Source of the DNA: the human T2T-CHM13v2.0 reference genome, Homo sapiens
Strand: one strand, 5' to 3'
DNA length: 64,000 nt
Assembly: GCF_009914755.1 (NCBI RefSeq)
Contig: NC_060939.1
Shown here: one piece after another, positions 46,060 to 59,253 of the stretch
How positions within the stretch are numbered: position 1 is the first letter of the stretch
Layout: each line of letters opens with the position of its first letter
Translations under genes and position numbers: made by a program
The notes under the pieces: model-generated
Told to the model about the DNA's origin: nothing
Database searches by the model: none
The model's input: the letters and a program-made list of their open reading frames with translations, nothing else

Positions 46060-46665
46060 AACCCCTGCACTACGGGACTTGACCAAACTTTAACATGGCT
46101 TCTGGCAGCCTAAGTCAGTGTCCCTGGGACAATCTAGCCCCTTTTTGGGTTTTTGTCTGGAAAAGCTCAGAGCTGTCAAAAATTTTTACTATTTGTTTTA
46201 GCCAACACCTGAGTTAGGCCCCTACCTTTCTTAGTACAGCATTTACTAAAAATGGCCTACAATTGTGAATGCTTTCTCTTTCTCTTTGAGGTATAGATGT
46301 ATTATATCTCCTACAACTTGGGAGTGTTTCTTTCAAGGACCCAAAAGCCATTCCTTTGAAATGTAATAAGCAAGAAGGACTGGACCTCTGTCTTCCAGTC
46401 ACTGTGGGAGGCTAGATTCCTAACTCTGATAATTGGCAGCTAGCAGGCACAGCTGGCCTAATCTCACTCACACTGACCAACCCTTTGTCATTTCTCACTT
46501 TAGTCCCTGTTCACATCCCCCTCCTACGGCCTCATTCTTTCTTTAAAGTACCCATGCACCTCTGCACAAATTGGAATGGAGCTCCACTCTTTCCCCTTCT
46601 GTCAGTAGTTACTGAGTAAAACCTGTTTTTACCACTTTAATGAGTGGTTTTGTTTACCTTTGTCA
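46060..46665. mobile_element. ERV1 LTR (MER31-like)
   Basis: agccattcctttgaaatgtaat...aaacctgtttttaccactttaa; family assignment from memory. Confidence 0.55.
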
Positions 46666-47856
46666 GAACATTCCCCAACATAAAGAGATGATTTAAAGCC
46701 TGATTGACAGCCACGAATATGGCAAATATCAATAACAGGGGTTTAACTGTTCTTTAGGTTTTTTTTTTTTTTTACTTGCTTATCTCTTTCCAGGAAGGGC
46801 ACAAGGAGTCCTGCTAAAAGACATAATCCAATAAGAGTAATAAAATAAGGCTAAAAAGGAAAAATAGTCCTGAGAGAAAGGGAGTGTGTTGGTTAGGGTA
46901 CAAGCTAAGGTGATATAACAAAGAGACAGCAAAATGTAGTGTTTAAACTAGAAAGGAGTTAATTTTTCTCTTACATAACAGTCAGGAAATACATTCAAGA
47001 CCTGGAAAGGTGACTGCTTCACCAACCTGTGATTTCCATCACTGAGTCCAGGATGGCTCTCTGGTCTCAGCTAGTCACCAGAAGGAAGCAGGAAGTGGTC
47101 GGGGGCGTAGGAGAGTGCATGTCCCAGCCTTTTAAAGAGAAGACTTGGAAGTGGTGTGCATCCTTTCCAGGCACACCTTATTGTCCGTATCTTAGCTACT
47201 TGGTCATACTTATGGGCTAGGGAAGTTAGAAAAGGTAGTTTCTGGTTAGGTAGCTCCATGTCCACTGAAAACTCTTACTATGGAAGGGTACAATGGTTGG
47301 GGTTGGGGAGAATAACTGAGAGACCATGAATATCCAAAACTAAGAGTCAAAGAGATGACTGCCAATATTTGCAGACTTCTATCATGGGGGTGTGTTTGGA
47401 CACACACAATGCAAACTGGAAATGCCAAAGGGTGAATGCCCCTGGAAGCAGCCCATCACCAATAACGAATGGGGAGTTGGGAAATAAACACATCAGCTTT
47501 CTCCTCCAAGATTGGGATAACTGACAGTCTATAACAGCCCCAGAGGTCCTTGGAGGGACTGAGCTACAGTGGCCTACATGGTAAACTGTTTGGCTTCCCT
47601 ATCTCATATTCCCAATCCTCTATGAGTGTTTCCTGGGGTCCCCTCCAAAATAAATTATTTGCACTAGAATGTGTATCTCAGCATTTACTTTTAGGAGAAC
47701 CCAAACTAAGGCTACCTCTGGGCTTCCTGGAAATCTAGAGGGAAACTAAATAACATAACTGTTATATTTAGAAAGTAGAAAATAAATCAGTTCTTCAATT
47801 GAGGCAAAGTATTTCTGCCTCCCCTGCCCTTCCACTCTCCATTCCAAAACTGGACG

Positions 47857-48132
47857 GGCCCGCGGTGTGGCTCACACCTGTAATCCCAGCACTTTGGGAG
47901 GCTGAGGTGGGCAGATCACCTGAGGTCAGGAGTTTGAGACCAGCCTGGCCAACACGGTGAAACCTCGTCTCTACTAAAAATACAAAAATTAGCCAGGCGT
48001 GATGGCAGGCGCCTGTGATCCCAGCTACTCAGGAGGCTGAGGCAGGAGAATCGCTTGAATCCGGGAGGCGGAGGTTGTAGTGAGCCCAGATTGTGCCACT
48101 CAAGCCTGGATGACAAAGCGAGACTCCATCTC

Positions 48133-48160
<28 letters not shown>
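47857..48160 (+). mobile_element. AluS
   Basis: Full-length with long A tail. Confidence 0.93.
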
Positions 48161-48163
<3 letters not shown>

Positions 48164-49490
48164 AGGGGGGCGGGGGGCAGCAGAAAAAAACGTATTACTT
48201 ATCCTCCAGTTCTCACATTGATCTTTTTGGTGTTCATGTTTGTTCTGCCCTTAGGCCTATAAGCTTCTTGATCTTTATTGTCTCTAGAGCTATGTGCAAC
48301 TGCCTTTCACATTGTTGAAACTAAGCAAGTGTTTGAATGATACAAATGTGAACCCTGTCTATCCAACACACCTCTTGACACACAAAGAAACCAAGGCTCC
48401 GTTAGAGTGTGTTACTGGACACCTGTTATATGGGGAGTGACCAAAGGAGCCAGAATCCACCCCCAGTCCCCCAACCACTTCTCTGATTTTCTACCACAAA
48501 CAGTCTTTTTCCAGGTTTTATTTTCATCATCACTAAGTGGAGCCCAAGGTTTTTAGCAGGAGAAGCATGTTTGTAAATGTTAAAAACACCCCTTCTTGAG
48601 TGAGCCAGGTTATCTTCCCCTTGGTCCATTAGGTCTGAAGGACTGGGCTTGTTACACTTAATTTTTTATATCTTGCAAGATGAGACCTAAATGTAACAAG
48701 GGAGATGACTATAGATTCTAGGCCCATTGGCTAGTCAAAGTTCTATAGTGCATTAATGATTACGGTAAACTCCAAACATGAAATCAAGACTGAATTTCAA
48801 TAAATTCCTCCCGCACATAGCACCACCTTGAAGCCCTGGAGTATGAGCAGGAGGAGGTCTTGATTAACACTGCAGTGGCTCTGCAGAGAATGACCACAGG
48901 CTAAATGAAAGACCAACAAATAAACCAGAGGAGGAAACCCTATGTAAGACCTTGTAACCTAAACCCAAAGCCCTCGCTCAGCTTGGTCTAGGGAGCAGGA
49001 ATTCTCCTAATGGAAAATAAAACATCAAAAGTGTCAGTTAAATTGGCTGTTTGTCATGGTCCCTGAAGTTTAAGTGTTTGTAATTCAACCTTGAGCAGCA
49101 TCTGTTTCAGGTGTCTTTTTGTGGTAGAAAAAACAACAGCCACATATTTACTGGGCCTTTAAAATTTCTTTGCAAAATTCCTCTCTGATTTACCTCTCTC
49201 TATCTTGAATGTCTATAAACCAATTTAAAATCATATATTTATGTTAATTACATAAATAACCCAATACAAATATTTCAAAAAATATAAAGAAGCAGATAGA
49301 AAATTGAGATCACCTAAGAAGTCACTACCAAGAAATGACCACTGTTAACATTTTGGTGTATCCTTCCAGATATACACACAACCTCATTTAATGACTGTAT
49401 TATATTTCATTATATGGTTGTATTAAAATGTATGGTACATCCAATTCTAAGACTCTGAGTCCTTTCTTTTACTATGATAAAAATAGCTGG

Positions 49491-49790
49491 GGCCGGGCGT
49501 GGTGGCTCACGCCTGTAATCCCAACACTTTGGGAGGCCGAGGCGGAAGGATCACAAGGTCAGGAGATCAAGACCATCCTGGCAAACATGGTGAAACCCCG
49601 TCACTACTAAAAATACAAAAATTAGCTGGGTGTGGTTGTGCGCACCTGTAATCCCAGCTACTCAAGAGGCTGAGGCAGGAGAATGGCTTGAACGCAGGAG
49701 GCAGAGATTGCAGTGAGCCGAGATTGCACCACTGCACTCCAGCCTGGCAACAGAGTGAGACCCCATCTCAAAAAAAAAAAAAAAAAAAAA
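49491..49790 (+). mobile_element. AluSc-like
   Basis: TSD AAAATAGCTG / AAAAAAGCTG. Confidence 0.92.
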
Positions 49791-49893
49791 AGCTGAAATA
49801 AATATTTCAAGAAAAGATTTGTGGTTTTATTTCATCCATAAATATCTCTAAAAGATAAGGACTCTCGTTTTTAAAATATGATAGTAATAACAA

Positions 49894-50181
<288 letters not shown>

Positions 50182-51359
50182 GTAATAGCCATACTATTGT
50201 CACATCTAAAAAAATTTAACAACAATTCCATATTATCATCAAACATTTAATGTTCAAATTTTCCAGTTGCCTCATAGCTATTTACTCTTGCCCTCACTCT
50301 GGTAACTAAATCTTGATGTGCACGCTTAATTAGTTCTCTAGGACGCATGCTTAGATTTGAAGTCACTGGGTAAAAGGTATATTATACTTAGATCTAGAAA
50401 GATCTAGATGTTCTCACTTGTACCTCTTAAACACTTGTATACTTGTTTGTAGCCTTAAACATTCCAGAAGAATGTTTTGTATAAATGTGACTGGAAGGAT
50501 GAGGAGAAAATCTTTCATTTGAGGCTTTCATATGCTGATGACTGAGAGGATGTAGTGCTCTGAAAGGTTCCTAGCAATTTACCACAGTAGACGCCAGGCT
50601 GATACCCCCAGCCCCCATCATCAGCATCACTGGAGTCAGGAGGGCTTCCCACTCTGGAGGAGCATCCTTCCTTCTCAGTGGCCCAGGTGATCTTCCTGAA
50701 AGTGCTGATGTCTCTCACTCAACAATCAAGACTCTATCTGTAGAAACATGGCTCTTCCCAAGAGGAAGATAAATATTCCAATCCAGTGAAGTTCCTATGC
50801 CACCCTGCCCACTCAATGCTAATTTATTTGCTATTTTATATTTATCTATAATATTTACATTAAAAATTGTAATTTATATAGAAGCAGCACTGGTGGAAAC
50901 AGACAGACCTGGGTTAAAACTTTGGCTTTATCAGTTATTTATTGCATAATCTAAAGCAAATTACTTCCCTTTTCTGAAACTCAGTTATTTAGGGGCATAA
51001 TGATGGTTTCCTAGGTTGCTACAAAGAAGTAGTAGTTTAGGACATAGCAGGTGTTCAACAAATATGTGTTGAACAAACAAATATTTTTAAAGAGAATTTT
51101 TTTTTTTGAGCCAGAAGAAATCTCAGAACACACCCTCTGTATTCTGGAAATGAGAAAACTAAGTTCAGAGAAAATGTGAAATTTTTTTGTTCATTCATTT
51201 AACATTTATTATGAACTGAGTATGTGTCAGGCAAGTATGTGCTGAGCACTGAGGATATAATTAGTAACATCTCGTCACTGCTCTCAAGGGGTAAGGAAGG
51301 ATGGACATGGCTATATCAAGCTCTATGTGATATTATTATAAAATGATAGAATTATCTAG

Positions 51360-51605
51360 TGTTGTGCTATCCAATATGGTAGGCAGCAGTCACACGTGGC
51401 TACTTAAATTTAAATTAATTACAATTAAATAAAATCAAAATTCAGTTCCTCAGTGCTTGCTTAGACAGCACATATACAAAATTCAGTTCCTTAGTCACAC
51501 TAACCACTTTTCAAGTGCTCAGTAACCACCTGAGGCTAGTGGCTACCATATTGTGGCAGGCATAGAACCTTTCCATCATTGCAGAAAGTTCTATTGGACA
51601 GTGGT
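51360..51605. mobile_element. MER3-like hAT-Charlie MITE
   Basis: tccaatatggtag...gcagaaagttctattggacag. Confidence 0.8.
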
Positions 51606-52409
51606 GCTTTAGATCTTCTCCCCAGAATAACATTCATATGCATATATCCCAAATTCATACCACTTCAAGGTGTTTACATCTTGGTCTGAAAGCCCTTTAT
51701 AATACAGGCAAGAGAGAAATGATGAGTGTTGCTAACTAAAACTAAAATCAAAGATAGGAGTTTTGTTATAAGCCAGAGTCCAAACTTGTGAAAATTGTAG
51801 CTTAGAAAAACTTTCTGGCTGAGTTGGCTGCAGTTGAATAATGAGTCACTTGTTCATTTCAACAGGGATGGGCTCAGTTTCCTGTGCCTCCTGGGTAGTG
51901 CTGTGGTTGTCTGGGCCTAGTGGCCACATGCTGATGTGTGCTCACTTTAGACAGGGAGAGGTCCTCACCACTTCCCTGACATTTTAGTCAAACTAGATCA
52001 CTTCTCTCACAATTTACTTGCAGTCTTTCTAAGTAAGGATGTTACATGGGTTTCACCTTCAGTAGGCTATATTCACGTAACGATCATTTAGTGGGTGCTT
52101 TCTATGTCCCAGGAACCAGGCTATGTGCTACAGACATGAAGAGGATTAGGACAAGTTGTTCATAATCTCGCAGAGGAGACAAATGAGAAACCAGCTAGTC
52201 ATAACAAAGGCAGAGTTAAATAAGTGCTGTAATAGACAAGGTACTGGGAAATTCAGGAAAAGGAGGGACTAAAATTCAATATAGGGGACTAGGGAAGGCT
52301 CACTGAAGGAGATGGCATTTGAACACGGCCTTAAAGAATATGTTAGACCAGAATAGCATGGAACATATAATTGGGCATTCTTCCACATTCATGTTCTTTT
52401 TTTAAAAAA

Positions 52410-52760
52410 ATCTTTTATTTAAGGTTCAGGAGTACATGTGAAGGTGTGTTACATAGGTAAACTCATGTCATAGGGTTTATTGTACAGATTATTTCATCAC
52501 CCAGGTATTAAACCCAGTACCTAATAGTTATATTTTTGGCTCCTCTTTCTCCTCCCACCCTTCACTCTCAAGTAGACCCCAGTGTCTTTTGTTCCCTTCT
52601 TTGTGTCCATGTGTTCTTATCATTTAGCTCCCACTTATAAGTGGGAACATGCGGTATTTGGTTTTCTGTTCCTGCATTAGTTTGCTAAGGATAATGGCCT
52701 CCAGCTCCATCCATGTTCCTGCAAAAGACATGATCTTGTTCTTTGTTTATGGCTGCATGC
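52410..52760 (-). mobile_element. L1PA 3' end
   Basis: catttagctcccacttataagtgggaacatgcggtatttggttttctgttcctgc. Confidence 0.9.
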
Positions 52761-54340
52761 ATTCAAGTTCTTGAAGTCTGAAATTCTTCCACTGTGCAGG
52801 CTGTGGCAGCTCTCATATTTCCTTTCACACTGAACCTGCTCTGTCTTCCTGGAGACTTCCAGCCTCCCAACCCATCCTAGTCTCACGGTCCTTTATGCAC
52901 TTCTAGATGAGACTCCAAGATCAGAGTTTTCAAGCAGATTTTTTTTTTTTTAGTACTTCTTTGTCCTCTGGCTTCTGTTTTTATCTATCGTACTAATCCC
53001 CAATCTTGTTTTGCTGAAATTCATGTTATCCATTCAGTATGAGGTCTCTCAACAACTCTCTAGTCTAACTCAACATTTCTTTGTGTCTTCCCCAATTCTC
53101 TCCCCCAACCCTATCCTCTATGGAGGGGGCATTCCTTTCTATGAGTAACTCTTTATCCCATGTTTTCTCTTCCCTTCCAGGACCCAGTAGCATGCTTTTT
53201 CTCCTCTCTCGTATCCAGTCTTCATTGCCTGTTAATGGTTCTCTCCTTAGAGGTAGATCCAGGGTTTTCAGGGCCTAAAGCTTATTTAATCTTGGGAGTC
53301 TTCTTCTTCTTCAAAAAAAAATACAAAATTACAAATATCAAATTAAGGGGGAAAAGTTAATACTTACTTAGAAGGGGGCTGTGTAACTGCGAGGGGCCCT
53401 GAAGCTTATTTCATAGTGAGTCCATCTCTGTCTGTCCTATAATAAAAACCTAACCAAACACAAAAGCTTCCCTTTGCTTTGCTATTGCAAACCATTATTC
53501 CATTTCTCTTTCTCAACACCCTGAAACTTTTCAAGAAAGTAGACTAGGTACATTCTCTTCACTTTAACATCACTTTGACCTCATGCCCACCATGCTATTG
53601 CAATGGTTTTCTCTGAAGCACCACTGACCTTCTAATCCCTAAAGCCTATGGCCTTTTCTTGGTCCTGAACTAACTTGTCCCTTCCATAAAAATTCAACAT
53701 GAGTCATCCTCTGACTTCTTCAAATGACTCTTTTCCCACTCAAGCACCAATGGTGAGCCTTCCTCAGGGTCCCTTCAACATCCCAGGTTGTCTTCCCTCC
53801 CTTGTGACTCAATGATCACACCTATGGCATGGCTTCCACCATCACCCACCTGTGTGGCTGACCCAATTATGTGTCCTTTGCTCTGACTTCCCTCATAAAC
53901 TTCAAACTTAAGATACAAACTCTCTACCTACGTTCCATCAGCACACCAAATTCAACATCTTTTTCTTGATGTGTCAATGGCATCACTCCCTCCCTGCCAT
54001 CTGCTCTAGAAATTTCAAAGTGTTACTTTAAACAAATTTCCCCTCTCTCCTTCTATCCTCCCGTCATTTCTAAGATCTAGCAGTTCTACTCCACACTGAT
54101 TCCCTAGTGTGGTTCTTTCTACTGCCATTTCCCGTACTTCAATTTTTTTCACTCTTGACTCAGACTGATTCAAAGGCTCTTCATTGTTTGCAGCTAAGGA
54201 GCCTCAGAGCTGAGTATGACTTGCCCCATTGAATTAATGGCAGGCCAGATGTAGAATCCAGGTCTCTTGCTTCTTTTCGGTGGCTGCATACTTCTAAGCC
54301 CACTATAATCCATTTTATATATGAATGCCAGATTAATCTT

Positions 54341-54659
54341 TCTTTTTTTGTTTTTTTTTTTGTTTTTGTTTTGTTTTGAAACAGGGTCTCACTCTGGTTG
54401 CCCAGGTTGGAGTGCAGTGGTGCAATCTTGACTCACTGCAGCCTCGACCCCCTGGGCTCCGGTGATTCTCCCACCTCACCCCCCGAGTAGCTGGACTACA
54501 GGCACGTGCCACCATGCCTTGTTAATTTTTTGTATTTTTAGTAGAGATGGGTTTTCGCCATGTTGGCCAGGCTGGTCTCGAACTCCTGGACTCAAGCAAT
54601 CCGTCTGCCTCAGCCTCCCAGAGTGCTGGGATTACAGGTATGAGCCACTGTACCTGGCC
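54341..54659 (-). mobile_element. Alu
   Basis: TSD CAGATTAATCTT. Confidence 0.92.
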
Positions 54660-54682
54660 CAGATTAATCTTAAAAGTGATTA

Positions 54683-55259
<577 letters not shown>

Positions 55260-55479
55260 TCAAAATCTGATCAAAAGTAATATCTCAACTTTATCTTTCT
55301 CTTGGCCCCTTGCTGTACTCTACAATCAAATGGGCTCTTGAATATCCTCTGAATATGGCCCTACTTTCATGCAAATAATTCATGGAATTAGTTTCTTCCT
55401 CCCCTGAAATGTAGTTCAGTAGTTTGAACCTCATATCACATATGATCTGATGTTGTCTTTACTTGTCTGTGTAAGACTA

Positions 55480-55910
55480 TGGTGACTCCCCAGCAACCAT
55501 TCCATCCCAGCAGGTTGGAAATCCAGAGTAATCCCATCTACTTCTCTGTGATTGGTTAGGGGTGGGCATGTGACACACTTCTGGCCAAGGACACACTAAG
55601 GGAAGTCTGCTGGGAAGATTCTTGGAAAGCTTCCCATGTGTTAGAAGGAAACATAGAAGAAAATGTCCTTTCTGCCTCTGGATATTTTCATGTCTGGATG
55701 TGAACTGCAAGAACAGCTACAGCCACCTTGCTCTCAACCCAACAAAAGAGATGGAAAGAATTTGGACTTTTGATGACACGAAAGCTCAGGTCAACCAATC
55801 CTGGAGACTGTTCTGTCTTTGGACTTCCTATTATGTGAAGTAATTTATTTCCTTATTGTCCAAGGCAGATTAAATCACAGTTTTCTATTATTTGCAGCCA
55901 AAAGCATCAG
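55480..55910. mobile_element. MLT1-family LTR
   Basis: gattggttaggggtgggcatgtgacacacttctggccaa...ttgcagccaaaagcatc. Confidence 0.75.
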
Positions 55911-56540
55911 GAAACAATATTTTGTTTTTGATGCTAAATGTTAAGCTTCTTAAAATCAGGGACTGTATCTATGTATCTTTCTAGCCCTCTTACAGCTTGG
56001 CATGCAGCAGATGGATGCTCAAAAAGCGACTGTGAAATTAATATTTGTATATATTTCTGAGATACAACTAGTAAAAACACTTGCAATTTAAAAAGCTCTA
56101 TTTTCTCACAGCAATCTAGAGGTAACAAAATAAAGCTTAGACAGATTAAATAGCTTGTTTAGGGAATTTTGTTTCTCGAAGTCATACCAACTTCTCAAGA
56201 GTTTGTTGCTCTTTGTCTCAAATCCTTATCTGGGAATGCCATGCCTGTTAGGGTCCCAAGAAACTGGGGACTGAAGGAAAAATAAAGTGGCAAGCCACTT
56301 CTGTGCTTAACCCAGCAATAATGCTAATACAGTAGCCTAGTTGTTTCTGGCTCAGAACCCAGGCCTGGAACCCCTTCTTCTCCCAGTCCCAGTGTATAGT
56401 GTGGTAGCTCTAGTGCTGGGGTCATGAATCCCCATAAGTACAAAATTTTAGATGCAGAAGTATTTTCCTGGGAAGATGGATCATAGCTTTTATTAGATTC
56501 TCAAAGGGGTCTGTGAGAATCTTAGTCTTCTTAAAGGCTA

Positions 56541-56677
56541 GATAGAAGTTGGGGTAGAAGATGGTAGAAGTTGGGGCATGGCCAGGAAAAGTTAGGGCTG
56601 GTTTGAATGATAAGAGACTGAATTTGTAGGCTGTGGGGAGCTACTAACTTACTGAGGTAAATTGGAAAAGTTTATTT
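56541..56677 (+). repeat. Templated insertion copying 60251-60360, flanked by 16-bp direct repeats
   Basis: GTCTTCTTAAAGGCTA at 56525-56540 and 56678-56693. Confidence 0.88.
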
Positions 56678-57635
56678 GTCTTCTTAAAGGCTAAGGACTA
56701 TAACATGATACAAAATCTCAGAAGTAGATGGAAATAAAAACTTTCAGTAGACTTAATGTGTCCCTGTGTTGTTCTGTATTTTGTCATCTAAGGGGACCAG
56801 TAGCCCAGGGATCTCTTGTAGATTAGGAAGAAAGAGACAGGTGTCAGGGTTGGGTAACTCTAGGTAAGACTGGAAAAGGAAAATGCGGAGCCCCTTTCTG
56901 AAAAATTACGAATTTCAAAATGGCGACACCAGAATATTAAACCAAGCTCGAAGCCCTTCTAAGCTGGGAGCACTGTGCAACTACATAGGTTGGACGCATA
57001 TGCAGCTGGTCCTGCCTCTTGCACTTACGATTGCACACACTATTGTCTGCCAAATTGGGATGTATTCCTTTGGACTGCTATCCAGACCTTTATTCATTTT
57101 TTGAGCACCTACAATGTGCCAGGAATTGTGCTAGTGGTGGGGATTCCAGATAAGAGCGAGCATTCAATTCAATCATATCGGGTTTCTACTATATAACAGG
57201 TCTTGTTCTAGGTCCTGGGGATACAGCTCTGAACACATTAACACGGGGCAGAGACAAGGAATAAATGGGTTAAAGATCAGATAGTGACAGGTGCCCAACA
57301 AAAACTTAGCACAGGACGATGTGACACAGGGTGACTATTTGAAATGGGTTGTGGTGGGGGGTGCCGGAGATGATATTTGAGCTATGAGTTTAGTGAAAAT
57401 AGTGGGCAGCCCTAGCTCCATGGGGGTGTGGGTGGGGAGGGTTATCTTAAGCTTGGGAAACAAGGCAAAATAAGGAAAGGGGGGAGAGAGAGACTATATA
57501 CGGCAGAGTGAACACAGGTGGTAGCTAAGGGAAGGGATGAAATCATGGGACACCTCCAGGCAACAGCCTCCAGGGGCTAAACCATCGTCTTGGGTAAATG
57601 GATGGTTTGAGAGCAAAGGCGGGAGCAGCGAGTCC

Positions 57636-57695
57636 GGTGAGAAGGTCCTCACAGGAACCCAGGCTGGTGAGAAGGTCCTCACAGGAACCCAGGCT
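57636..57695. repeat. Perfect 30-bp tandem duplication
   Basis: GGTGAGAAGGTCCTCACAGGAACCCAGGCT x2. Confidence 0.95.
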
Positions 57696-58434
57696 AGCGA
57701 AGCGGTGGCTCGGACTAGGGTGAAAGTAGCGGAGGTAACGCTGGGTGAGCCGCACCCGCGTCTCCCACGAGGTCCCCCCAGTGAGGTTAGCGGGTGCCGC
57801 GCCGAGCGCCAAGCTGAGGAGCCGCCCCCAGGGGCTGGCGCTAGTCTGCAGCGGCGCCGACGTGGCCGGCGCGATCCGCCACGCACGTGTCCGGCTCCAG
57901 GCCGGGGGCGGGGGCGCGCGGGGGTCTCCGGCTCCTCCCCGACTTCTGGGGCCCGGGCGCCAGCTGGCCCCGAGCCTCCAGTCCGCGGGTGCGAAGAACG
58001 GAGCAGATGGGTCGGGAACAAGGGAGCTGGGTCAAGGCGAGGAGGGGGCGGCCGGGCGCGCGCGCTCTGGCCTCGTGCACGCGCTGAAACCGGAGCGCGC
58101 AGGGCGCGCCAGGGTGAGGGGGACGGGGGCGGGGTGGGGGCAGCCCTTTCCCAGGCGGTAGCGGGGGCGGCGTCGCTGTTGCCCTTTTAAGCCGCGGGGC
58201 CGCCGCCTCCTGCCGCTGGAGTCGGTTACAAAGGAAGCGCCACCCAGGCCGCCACACGCCGAGGCTTCCGCGCCCCTCGCCATTTTCCAGCAGCGCTCGA
58301 CGAGGCGGAGCCGCGAGAGCGCGGCCCAGGCCGGCCCCGCGGGGCGGTCGCGGCCGTGACGGCGGCTCCGGGCCCGGCTCCCCTTCCGCGCCCGGCTCCC
58401 CTTCCGCGCCCCTCCCGCCGGAGATGAGGGGAAG

Positions 58435-58614
58435 ATGTCCGTGTCAGGGCTCAAGGCCGAGCTGAAGTTCCTGGCGTCCATCTTCGACAAGAACCACGAG
58501 CGATTCCGCATCGTCAGTTGGAAGCTGGACGAGCTGCACTGCCAGTTCCTGGTGCCGCAGCAGGGCAGCCCGCACTCGCTGCCGCCGCCACTCACGCTCC
58601 ACTGCAACATCACG
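58435..58614 (+). CDS. UBE2Q2: Ubiquitin-conjugating enzyme E2 Q2, first coding exon (N-terminal RWD-like region)
   Basis: [60 protein letters not shown]; donor ACG|GTGAGG, phase 0. Confidence 0.95.
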
Positions 58615-59121
58615 GTGAGGCGCCCGGCCGCGGCCCCGCGGGGCAGGGCGAGGACGGAGAGGGGGCGCTTCGAGTCCCGGGACAAAGGGGAGCCTGCCCC
58701 GGAGAGGCTCCGGCTCCCCGGGCGGGGCAGGCCCGCCCCTTTCCCCCGCGACTTGCCCATCCCAGGCCGGGCTGGGACTGCGCGAGGCTTGGGTGGGAGG
58801 AGGCGGAGGGCGCGTCTTTCCGGCTTCTCGCCAGGGGCTGGCTTGGGGGCTTCTGGCCCATCTCGGTCCCCGTCTCCTAGCCCCGAGGGGGGAGTCCGCG
58901 GCGGCCCAAGCCCTTGTGGGGTCCATGGCCGCCCTCAGCCGGCCTGCTCCCGGGACCGGGGCGGGGCGGGGCGGGGCGGCGCAGCTCCGGCTGTTGTTTG
59001 AGCCCAGGCCGGCAAGGGGAACGGCCCTTAAGTTTTAACGCCTCATTTTTCAGTCGGATTTTCCTTCTTCCCGCTTGTTCAGCCAATTGTTTTTAAGTTT
59101 GCGTTTAAGGAGAAACTGACA

Positions 59122-59253
59122 ATGAGAATGGACTCGTTGACGGAGGAAAAGTTGGAATGCAGACTCTGGTGCTGTTTGAGCGACCCCTCTCCCCCGGGCC
59201 TGGCTGCGCGCTGCTGTGTTCTGGAAAGGAGCATAGTACCGTCGTTGCGGCAG
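59122..59253 (+). CDS. UBE2Q2: UBE2Q2 alternative first coding exon
   Basis: MRMDSLTEEKLECRLWCCLSDPSPPGLAARCCVLERSIVPSLRQ, donor CAG|GTGGTG, same phase 0 as exon 1; matches my recollection of an annotated isoform. Confidence 0.65.

Noticed and set aside
51436-51495. 19-bp direct repeat with filler inside MER3
   Set aside because: Minor local slippage with no evident consequence
57494-59096. Many long overlapping Arg/Gly/Pro-rich ORFs
   Set aside because: Expected from stop-codon scarcity in a CpG island; only 58435-58614 is recognisable
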